Assembly: GCA_020849035.1 (NCBI GenBank)
Contig: JADLHC010000110.1
Span: 5,269 to 69,268 of the forward strand
Direction: 5' to 3'
Origin: Planctomycetia bacterium
Lineage (GTDB): Bacteria > Planctomycetota > MHYJ01 > WSZJ01
Length of the DNA: 64,000 nucleotides
Numbering within the stretch: the first letter of the stretch is position 1; every line of letters starts with the position of its first letter. The notes beneath the pieces were generated by a model. The model worked only from the letters and a program-made list of their open reading frames with translations. It was not told the DNA's origin and ran no database searches. This document shows positions 46,201 to 52,671 of the stretch, piece after piece. A program made the translations under genes and the position numbers.

Positions 46201-46324
46201 CAAGGCGGTCGGAGGAGGCGTGGGATTCGCGGTCACCGACAGTTTCAGCGGATTCATGGACGAGGTGGCCCGACGACAGGCGGTCCGAGGACCTGAGGGG
46301 AAGGACCTTGAGCACCGACGTTGA
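43259..46324 (+). CDS. Type III restriction Res-like helicase-nuclease
   Basis: N-terminus MKLHFEPNLDYQLQAIEAV. Helicase motif I METGTGKTYVY and motif II VIVDEPQS. C-terminal PD-(D/E)xK-like YNPDWAVLVEQDGQERLYFVVETKG. Confidence 0.85.
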   Translation: MKLHFEPNLDYQLQAIEAVCDLFRGQETCRTEFTVSRRPVEPKTVQGELGLAEPKHLQLELGLSESALGIGNRLTLLDDELLKNLKDIQLRNGLTPSASLAAGDFTVEMETGTGKTYVYLRTIFELNKQYGFTKFVIVVPSVAIKEGVYKSLQITEEHFKGLYAGVPFDYFLYDSGKLGQVRNFATSPQIQIMVVTVGAINKKDVNNLYKDSEKTGGEKPIDLIKATRPIVIVDEPQSVDGGLEGRGKEALDAMNPLCTLRYSATHVHKHHMIYRLDAVDAYDKRLVKQIEVASATIENAHNKPYVKLITTQNKRGIISAKVELDAQTVSGVSRQEITVHDGDNLEQTTGRAVYKDCRVGEIRVAKGSGSMEIRFPGGERFLKPGEAWGDVDAAAVQREMIRRTIREHLDKEKRLRPQGIKVLSLFFIDEVAKYRQYDADGRAVQGDYARIFEEEYRRLANHPDYRTLFKEADLTRPASDVHDGYFSIDRKGGWTDTAEGNQSGRDNAERAYNLIMKDKERLLSFETPLKFIFSHSALREGWDNPNVFQICTLRDIRTERERRQTIGRGLRLGVDQDGQRRRGFDVNTLTVVATESYEDFARKLQKEIEEETGIRFGVVEAHQFAVILTVDPEGKPTPLGFEKSKEVWQHLKNKGYIDTHGKVQDSLRKALKDGSLDLPEEFADLHPEVAHILGKLAGRLEIKTADDRRQVRPRQAVLHGPEFKALWDRIKHKTTYRVNFDNEKLVESCTKALREAPAIPKTRLQWRKADIAIGKAGIEATERDGAATVVLEEGDIELPDVLTEMQDRTQLTRRTIFRILTGSNRLADFTLNPQKFIDTAAEAINRCKRLAIVDGIKYQRLGDEEYYAQELFEREELRGYLRNLLESKKSIYEQVVYDSDTEAAFADQLEKNSAIRVYAKLPGWFSVPTPLGGYNPDWAVLVEQDGQERLYFVVETKGAALFADSLRPTEKAKVDCGREHFKAVGGGVGFAVTDSFSGFMDEVARRQAVRGPEGKDLEHRR

Positions 46325-46331
46325 GCACTTC

Positions 46332-46381
46332 TTTCCGTCGTCCTGCGTCCCGTTCCGTCGCGCTCCGTCCCTCTCCGTCGC
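46332..46381 (+). repeat. Five 10-bp-phased direct repeats with core TCCGTC
   Basis: Cores at 46334, 46344 (variant TGCGTC), 46354, 46364 and 46374. The array starts 8 nt after the Res stop codon. Confidence 0.7.
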
Positions 46382-46411
46382 AATCCGGACGCACCGAGCC
46401 GCAGACGGGGA

Positions 46412-46449
46412 GGCGCGTAAGTCGCTGCCCGCCCCGCGACTTACGCGCC
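46412..46449. repeat. Perfect 14-bp inverted repeat (hairpin) between the Res gene and the tRNA-like element
   Basis: GGCGCGTAAGTCGC (46412-46425), 10-nt loop, GCGACTTACGCGCC (46436-46449). No U-tract on either strand. Confidence 0.65.
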
Positions 46450-46463
46450 GTAACCCCTTGCAA

Positions 46464-46543
46464 CGGGAGCGCATCGGAATCGAACCGACCAATCCCCTTG
46501 TGGAGGATTCACCGGATTTGAAGTCCGCTTGCTCCGGACTCCC
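46464..46543 (-). tRNA. tRNA-Sec-like element (UCA anticodon loop), apparently lacking a D-arm; probable degenerate selC or att remnant
   Basis: The minus strand reads GGGAGTCC..GCGGA-CTTCAAA-TCCGG, variable hairpin AATCCTCCACAAGGGGATT, T-arm GTCGG-TTCGATT-CCGAT, then GCGCTCCC-G. Only about 20 nt precede the anticodon loop, against about 31 in a normal tRNA. Confidence 0.4.
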
Positions 46544-46566
46544 GTTCGAATCATGTTGTTTCCTGC

Positions 46567-47460
46567 ATGAGAAGACCCTCCCTGATCGCCGCCATCATGC
46601 TGGCCGTCACTTCCCCGGCGCGGGCGGAGGACGTTCCGGGCGCTGAGGATGTGCGGAAGTTCCTCGACTCCGCGGGGTGGGCACTTTCGATGGCCCGGCG
46701 CGACGACTGGGACCACCTTCAGTCCCCGGATTTCCGCGCCCGGGAGGCTTCCCGCGCGAGGGTCCTGCTGGCTCACGCCGCGAAGGGAAACGTCATCGCG
46801 GCAGCCACGGTCTGGCTAGCCTCGGGGCGCCGGCCGGACGCCGGGCTCCCGGTCCCGGAGTTCCTGCAGGCCTCCTTCCCTCCCTGCAGGTTCGGCCGGG
46901 TGCCGGCGTTCCGGCTCGACCTGCCGCGCGTCGAAGAGCTCTCCGTTTCCGGCGGGTCGCTGGAGGCGGTCATCCAGACGGTGCATGACCGCACGCGGAT
47001 CCGGGCTTCCTGGGACGGGAAACGGTTCCTGGTCGACGATGCGCTTCACGGCGCCCGTCCGATGCGCGCCAACTCCCCCGCGGCGAGAGTGTTCGACCAC
47101 TGGAGGATCGCCCTCACGACGCGCGACGGATTCGCGTTGTTCGCGTGCCTCAGCGGCCGGAAGAAGGATCTCCTTCGGAAGGAACACAAACCGAAGGGAC
47201 TCGAACGGGTGTTATTCGCGTCTCGCATCAAGGACGTTCTTCCGATTCTGGCTCTCGGCAACGAACTCAAGCAGACGAAATTCGACCCCGGCGTGGACGA
47301 TGCGATCCTCCGCGGCCCGTGGACGCTCGGCTACGCGTCGCCGACCCGGCAGGTCTACGTGGCTCCGGATCTGCCGCCGGTGGAGATCCTCCTCGAAGGA
47401 AAGCGCTGGATCGTCTCGACCACGCTGGAGGACCTCTTGCCGTTACCGCCAGAGAAGTAG
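46567..47460 (+). CDS. Secreted hypothetical protein
   Basis: Signal peptide MRRPSLIAAIMLAVTSPARA. Protein-like composition. No motif recognised. Confidence 0.55.
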   Translation: MRRPSLIAAIMLAVTSPARAEDVPGAEDVRKFLDSAGWALSMARRDDWDHLQSPDFRAREASRARVLLAHAAKGNVIAAATVWLASGRRPDAGLPVPEFLQASFPPCRFGRVPAFRLDLPRVEELSVSGGSLEAVIQTVHDRTRIRASWDGKRFLVDDALHGARPMRANSPAARVFDHWRIALTTRDGFALFACLSGRKKDLLRKEHKPKGLERVLFASRIKDVLPILALGNELKQTKFDPGVDDAILRGPWTLGYASPTRQVYVAPDLPPVEILLEGKRWIVSTTLEDLLPLPPEK

Positions 47461-47520
47461 GTCCGCGCTCGCCGCCAATCTCCCGTCTCCCATCCCCCAT
47501 CTCCCATCTTCCGTCCTGCC

Positions 47521-48309
47521 CTACCCCTTCAGGATCGCCATCAACTCCGGATCCACATCCTCTTCCCGCGCCGTGTACTCCCGAACGCGCTTCCGAAGCA
47601 GCCTTCTCAGCGATCCGCGGCAGTGCGCGAGGTAGTGCCTCACCTGCGTCTCGCTGACCGCGAACCTCCGCGCGACGAGCTCGTAGGTCACGCCGGGCAT
47701 CTCGTCGCCCATGACGATCGTCTCGCGCGTGTCCCTGGAGAGGCCGCCGGGCTCGAGGCAATACATGCGGAAGACGTCGAACCAGACGGCCTTGCCTTCC
47801 TGGATGAGCTCGATGCGGAGGTCGTCCACGGCGGAGTCGAGGACGCCGCGGAACCATTCGCGGTCGTAGGCGGCGTCGGGGGATTCGTCGGGGGCGGCGG
47901 GCTCGAGGCGGTCGAAGTCGGACTCGCGGGCGTCGAGGCGGAAGACGGGGGTGGCGGGGCGGCGGACGGAGTCGTGGCGTTCGGCGTCTATGAGGAAGTG
48001 GGCGAGGGCGATCTTGAGGTAGCCGCGGAAGGAGCCGCGGTCGGGGGACATGCGGGCGAGGGTGTCCTTCTCGAGGAGGTGGGCGAAGAAGGCCTGGGTG
48101 AGGTCCTTGGCGTCCTCGTTCTTCTTGCGCCAGGCGGCGCGGACGTAGGCGTAGACGGGTTTCCAGTAGGTGCGGAAGAGCCGGTCGAGGCACTCGCGGT
48201 ACTGGGGGGAAGCGGGGTTGGCGGCGGAGAGGATATCGGACCAGTTGGTGGTCTCGAAGGCGCGGGGGGTGCCGCCGATGTTGGTGTCGTGGGACATGGG
48301 CGGGGGCAT
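47521..48309 (-). CDS. Sigma-70 family (ECF-like) RNA polymerase sigma factor
   Basis: N-terminal TNWSDIL motif, region 2-like FRTYWKPVYAYVRAAW...DLTQAFFAHLL, and a C-terminal HTH YELVARRFAVSETQVRHYLAHCRGSLR. Confidence 0.75.
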   Translation of the reverse strand: MPPPMSHDTNIGGTPRAFETTNWSDILSAANPASPQYRECLDRLFRTYWKPVYAYVRAAWRKKNEDAKDLTQAFFAHLLEKDTLARMSPDRGSFRGYLKIALAHFLIDAERHDSVRRPATPVFRLDARESDFDRLEPAAPDESPDAAYDREWFRGVLDSAVDDLRIELIQEGKAVWFDVFRMYCLEPGGLSRDTRETIVMGDEMPGVTYELVARRFAVSETQVRHYLAHCRGSLRRLLRKRVREYTAREEDVDPELMAILKG

Positions 48310-48320
48310 TCTAGCGGAAA

Positions 48321-48410
48321 GGCGGGGGCGAACGGCGGGGGCGTAAGGCGGGGGCGTAGGGCGGGGGCGCGGGGCGCGGGGCGGGGTGGGGGGGCTGGGG
48401 TGGGGGAACC
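48321..48410 (+). repeat. G-rich tandem repeat tract (GGCGGGGGCGTAR x3-4, then further G-runs)
   Basis: ggcgggggcgaac ggcgggggcgtaa ggcgggggcgtag ggcgggggcgc ggggcgcggggcggggtgggggggctggggtggggg, in the divergent intergenic region between the sigma gene and the DUF2089 operon. Confidence 0.65.
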
Positions 48411-48446
48411 TGGAAATGGGTCGGTACCACGTCCGGGGGAGGGAAA

Positions 48447-48497
48447 CTCAATAATTTTAAGTTTAGATTTGACTTTATTGAGAATCTGTATTAGAAT
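48447..48497 (+). promoter_or_regulatory. Sigma-70-type promoter with overlapping 8-bp inverted repeat (candidate operator)
   Basis: TTGACT (48469-48474), 17-nt spacer, TAGAAT (48492-48497). Inverted repeat CTCAATAA (48447-48454) / TTATTGAG (48475-48482). AT-rich island 23 nt upstream of the DUF2089 start. Confidence 0.55.
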
Positions 48498-48519
48498 CAT
48501 TGTGTTAAGAGAGGGAACC

Positions 48520-48873
48520 ATGGACATCTCAAGAGCCCGCTGCGGAAGCTGCGCCAAGCCCATGACCATCGCCAAGATGGTCTGTCAGGACTGCAACCTC
48601 TCCCTCGAAGGCTCCTTCGAAGTCCCACCGCTCGCGTCGCTCCCCCCGGAGGACCAGGTCTTCGTCACCGCCTTCGTCCGCCACCACGGGTCGCTCAAGA
48701 AGATGGAAGAGCTCTTCGACATCTCCTACCCCACCGTCAAGAACCGCCTGAACGCGATCACCGCCCAGCTCGACCGCTCCCTCAAGGCGCCGTCGCCCAA
48801 CGCCGCCGTCCTCGAGCAGCTCGCCCGCGGCGAGATCACCGTCGACGAGGCCCTGGAAAGGCTCGGCCCATGA
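48520..48873 (+). CDS. DUF2089-like zinc-ribbon/HTH protein
   Basis: CGSCAKPM...CQDCNL zinc ribbon followed by FVRHHGSLKKMEELFDISYPTVKNRLNAI. ATGA overlap with the next gene. Confidence 0.7.
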   Translation: MDISRARCGSCAKPMTIAKMVCQDCNLSLEGSFEVPPLASLPPEDQVFVTAFVRHHGSLKKMEELFDISYPTVKNRLNAITAQLDRSLKAPSPNAAVLEQLARGEITVDEALERLGP

Positions 48874-49127
48874 TCCCCGCCCTCCTCCTCGTCGGTGTCG
48901 GCTGGCAGCGCCGCCTGCCCCTCCCGATCCCCCTGTTCCTGCTGTGGCCGCTCGTGGCCGTGGCCGTGCTCGTCACGGCGATCGTCCAGCTCGCGCGCCG
49001 CATCACGCGACCGGCCGCGACCACGCCGCTCTTCCCGCCCGTCCTCGAGGCGCTCTTCCAGCTCTCCGGCCTCAGGGTCGACATCCGTGACCGCGAGGGC
49101 ACGAGCGTCCTCGTGTGGCTGATCTGA
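48870..49127 (+). CDS. Small membrane protein
   Basis: Two hydrophobic segments (IPALLLVGVGW, LPIPLFLLWPLVAVAVLVTAIV). Start is translationally coupled. Confidence 0.5.
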   Translation: MIPALLLVGVGWQRRLPLPIPLFLLWPLVAVAVLVTAIVQLARRITRPAATTPLFPPVLEALFQLSGLRVDIRDREGTSVLVWLI

Positions 49128-49180
49128 CCGTGGACCCCGACCAGGACTTCATCCTCTTCGACAGCGACAAGGAGCCTGCC

Positions 49181-49570
49181 ATGACGACCGAACGACGCCA
49201 GGTGCTCGACATGCTCGCGCAGGGAAAGATCTCGGCGGAGGAAGCGGACCGGCGGCTGGACACGCTCGGCGCGGCGAAGCCCGCCGAGGGCCCCGCGGCC
49301 GGCGGCGCGGCGCCGAAGTTCCTGCGGGTGACCGTGGATTCGCACGACGGGGACAAGGTGAACGTCCGCGTGCCGCTCGCGCTGGTGCGGACCGGGATCA
49401 AGCTGTCCGCGATGATGCCGAAGGAGGCGGGGGAGAAGCTGCAGGCGAGCGGCGTGGACCTGTCGCACCTGAGCGGGCTGAAGGGCGACGAGCTCGTCGA
49501 GGCGCTGCGGGAGCTGCAGGTGGACGTGGATTCGAAGGAGGGGGACCGGGTGAAGGTCTTCTGCGAATAG
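49181..49570 (+). CDS. SHOCT-like/LiaX-N-like domain protein
   Basis: MTTERRQVLDMLAQGKISAEEADRRLDTL motif. AAGGAG lies 6 nt upstream of the ATG at 49181. Confidence 0.55.
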   Translation: MTTERRQVLDMLAQGKISAEEADRRLDTLGAAKPAEGPAAGGAAPKFLRVTVDSHDGDKVNVRVPLALVRTGIKLSAMMPKEAGEKLQASGVDLSHLSGLKGDELVEALRELQVDVDSKEGDRVKVFCE

Positions 49571-49574
49571 GGGG

Positions 49575-50606
49575 CTAGCGCCCCTCGATGACCTGGGCCT
49601 CGGCCTCGACCGGCGGGGCCCAGACTCTTGCGCCGTCCGCGCCGATCCACCAGGCCTGCAGGACGACGGGAATCTTCCCGAGCTCGCGGGCGTCCCGGTT
49701 GACGTCGAACGTCGCGGTGGCGCGGCCGCCGGAGTCGGCGGCGCCGAACGTGAGCTCCCTCATCCCGGGGCCGGCGGGCTTCCAGGCGCCGTCGGCCCCC
49801 GCGGCGGGCGGGTCCTTGAGCGCGTCCTTGCGGATCCACGACACGCCCCAGGCCTGCAGCTTCCCCATCGGGTCGAACACGGCGGCCGTGACCTCGAGGC
49901 GCGCCTTCACGCCCAGCGCGACCGTCGGCTTCGCCTCGACCTTCAGCACCCGCCCCTTCACGAACCCCCGCAGCACCTCGGGGGGCTGCAGGAAGACCAT
50001 CTCCGTCCCCTGGATGCGCGACGTGGCGATGCCGACGAGCCGGCCGCGGCCGTCCACCGCGGGGCCGCCGCTGTTCCCCGGGTTGATGTCGCCGGAGAGC
50101 TGCACGACGACGCACTCCCCCGCCTCGTCGCGCCTCACGGCGGACACCGAGACCTTCGTCACCGACGGCGAAGGATTGTCCCCCGCCGTGGCCAGCGACG
50201 GCCCGAACGGGTACCCCGCGACGTAGACCGCCTCCGTCTCCTTCACCTCCGTCTTCGGCGCCAGGTCGATCGGCGCAGGAGTGTCTTCGGCGGTGAAGCG
50301 CAGGACGGCGAGATCCCGCTCCCTGTCCACGGTCACGACCCGCGCCTCGACCTTCTGCTCCCCGTCCCGCCCGCTCTTCAGGATGACCGTCACCGTCTCC
50401 GTGTCGCGCACGACGTGCTCGCAGGTCAGCACCCACCCGGTCTTCCCGTCCTTCCGGAACAGCGACCCGCTTCCCGTCTCCAGCCCCCGGAATCCCACGT
50501 GCTTCACGTAGACCGTCGCGTCCTTGAGCTTCGAGAGCTGCGCCCCGGGGAGCTCCTGGCCGAAGGCGGGGAGGGCGAGGAGGCAGGCGAGAAGCGTGGC
50601 GCGCAT
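49575..50606 (-). CDS. Secreted trypsin-like (S1 family) serine protease
   Basis: Signal peptide. Catalytic triad contexts TCEHVV (His), DLAVLRF (Asp), GNSGGPAV (Ser). Confidence 0.8.
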   Translation of the reverse strand: MRATLLACLLALPAFGQELPGAQLSKLKDATVYVKHVGFRGLETGSGSLFRKDGKTGWVLTCEHVVRDTETVTVILKSGRDGEQKVEARVVTVDRERDLAVLRFTAEDTPAPIDLAPKTEVKETEAVYVAGYPFGPSLATAGDNPSPSVTKVSVSAVRRDEAGECVVVQLSGDINPGNSGGPAVDGRGRLVGIATSRIQGTEMVFLQPPEVLRGFVKGRVLKVEAKPTVALGVKARLEVTAAVFDPMGKLQAWGVSWIRKDALKDPPAAGADGAWKPAGPGMRELTFGAADSGGRATATFDVNRDARELGKIPVVLQAWWIGADGARVWAPPVEAEAQVIEGR

Positions 50607-50694
50607 GGGGGTTGCCAGTCTAACGGAGGCGCGGGGCGAGGGATCGCCTCAAACCTCCGTGCGTCCGCCCGCCCGAAACGCTACGCTTCCCTTC

Positions 50695-52542
50695 ATGGAG
50701 AGCGAGGCAACCCAGCGCCCCCCGACATCGTACGCCGAGGACATCGCGGCGCACCCCTACCTCAAGAACCGCATCGCGCGCGTCGTGGAGCACATCGACC
50801 GCGGCGCCTTCGGGGCCGTTTACCTCGGCGAGCTCGAGAACCTCTTCGGCCTCATCGCCGAGCGCGTCTGGCTCGGCGAGTCCGCGCTCGCGCCGCTGCT
50901 GGGCATCCCCGCGGCGGAGTTCGAGGCGCGCCGCGGCGACCCCGAGATGCGCCACGCGCTCTACGTCGCTTCCCATGAGCGCTGGACCCAGTATCGCCAC
51001 CTGCGGGAGCAGTCGGCCGAGGCGGCGGAGGACAAGTTCCACGACATCCTGCAGGTGATCGACCCGGCGCTGGTGAGCCGGCAGGTGGCGATCAAGGTGC
51101 TGCGACCGGCGCTCGGTCCCGCGGGGGACCGGGAATCGGAAGCGCGGCTGGCGGAGATCGTGAAGAGCCAGTTCCTGCGGGAGTGCCGGGTTCTGGCGGC
51201 GCTGAACCACCGGAACATCGTGCGGTACTTCGGGCTGGTGGACGACCCGCACTACGGGCTGTGCATGATCCTGGAGTACCTGAACGGGGTGACGCTGTTC
51301 GACGGGCTGACGAAGGGGCTGATGCCGCCCGACAAGGCGGTGGAGCTGGCGATCGGGATCGCGGAGGCGCTGAGGTACTGCCACGAGGGGCCGGGGCACC
51401 CGCCGGTGCTGCACCGGGACCTGAAGCCCGGCAACATCATGATCGTGAGCGAGGAATCGGGGATGCGGCCGGTGCTGATCGACTTCGGCATCGGGAAGTT
51501 CGCGGGGCCGACGCAGACGCAGCTGACGATGCCGGGGGCGATCTCGGGGACGCCGCGGTACATGGCGCCGGAGCAGTGGGAGGGGGACTCGGCGAAGATC
51601 ACGGCGGCGACGGACATGTACGCGCTGAGCCTGGTGCTGTTCGAGATGCTGGCGGGCGAGCCGGCGTACGGCACGAACGACGACGTGACGGCGCTGCGCA
51701 CGATGGCGCTGAACCCGCGGCTGCCGCACCCGAAGGGGCTGCGCGACTTCGAGCACCTGCGGGGCATCTCGCGGCGGCTCGAGGACCTCGTGGAGATCGG
51801 GCGGCGCAAGGACCCGTCGAAGCGCTGGACGATGGGGGAGTTCATCCTGCAGGCGAAGTCGATCTTCCACACGAGGATCTACGAGCAGCCGCCCGAGGAG
51901 CCCAAGTCGCTCACGGAGCTGCGGATCGAGAAGAAGATCCACGACTGGCGCTCCGAGCAGATCGACACGCGGATCCACTTCCTCAAGATCGAGGAGGACG
52001 TCGCCGCGGCGGCGCAGCTCATGCGCGCGCAGCGGTACGAGGAGGCCGGCGCGGCGATGCAGGCGATCGTGAAGGACGTGCTGCCGCTGCCGCGGAGGTA
52101 CGACCCGCTGAAGAGGGAGCTGCTGCGGCGGCTGCTGGCGCTGGCGTGGCTCGAGTCCCGCGCGGGGCTTTTCCCGGCGCTGCCCGGGGCGCTGGACAGC
52201 GCGCGGTCGCTGCTGGGGACGTTCCCGTCGGACGACTACCCGGCGCTGTTCACGCGGTTCCGCTACCTCGAGCGGAGGTTCGAGCCGCACAAGGCGGTGG
52301 TGCTGGCGCTGAACGTCATCCAGGCGAACTTCGTGAACGACGTGCGCAGGGCGATGGCGGCGCTGAACTGCCCGGCGGACCCGGCGAAGGTGCGCGAGCT
52401 GCAGGGGCGCGTCGAGACGGGGAAGGCGATGTTCGCGCCGCTGGATCCGCGGCTGGTCGGCACCGCCGCACACAAACGGACCTCGTACGAGCTGGACCAG
52501 CTGGCGGCGGCGCTGGCGAACCTGCTCGACGCGGGCCGCTAG
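50695..52542 (+). CDS. Hanks-type Ser/Thr protein kinase with long C-terminal helical domain
   Basis: VAIKVLRP, HRDLKPGNIMI, DFGIGK, GTPRYMAPE. Start MESEATQ at 50695. Confidence 0.85.
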   Translation: MESEATQRPPTSYAEDIAAHPYLKNRIARVVEHIDRGAFGAVYLGELENLFGLIAERVWLGESALAPLLGIPAAEFEARRGDPEMRHALYVASHERWTQYRHLREQSAEAAEDKFHDILQVIDPALVSRQVAIKVLRPALGPAGDRESEARLAEIVKSQFLRECRVLAALNHRNIVRYFGLVDDPHYGLCMILEYLNGVTLFDGLTKGLMPPDKAVELAIGIAEALRYCHEGPGHPPVLHRDLKPGNIMIVSEESGMRPVLIDFGIGKFAGPTQTQLTMPGAISGTPRYMAPEQWEGDSAKITAATDMYALSLVLFEMLAGEPAYGTNDDVTALRTMALNPRLPHPKGLRDFEHLRGISRRLEDLVEIGRRKDPSKRWTMGEFILQAKSIFHTRIYEQPPEEPKSLTELRIEKKIHDWRSEQIDTRIHFLKIEEDVAAAAQLMRAQRYEEAGAAMQAIVKDVLPLPRRYDPLKRELLRRLLALAWLESRAGLFPALPGALDSARSLLGTFPSDDYPALFTRFRYLERRFEPHKAVVLALNVIQANFVNDVRRAMAALNCPADPAKVRELQGRVETGKAMFAPLDPRLVGTAAHKRTSYELDQLAAALANLLDAGR

Positions 52543-52671
52543 GCGGCGTCAAACCGCGCTTCCAGCGCTCCCTGCGCCACGCCGTGCAACCGGGCCGGCC
52601 GGCGGCGTTCCGGAGGAGCGCGATGGGGCGCACGGGTTCCCCTGAACCGGACGCGGCGATCCTCCGTTGAA

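Noticed and set aside
36866-46324. Classifying the SNF2/methylase/helicase cluster as DISARM or BREX
   Set aside because: No DrmA/DrmB (DUF1998) or PLD DrmC equivalents were seen, and no PglZ, BrxC or BrxL-like proteins. The Res-type protein with a PD-(D/E)xK tail plus a Mod-like methylase fits a type III-like R-M better.
46332-46381. A CRISPR array, here or in the 48321-48410 repeats
   Set aside because: The repeats are only 10-13 bp, contiguous and without spacers. No cas genes are in the window.
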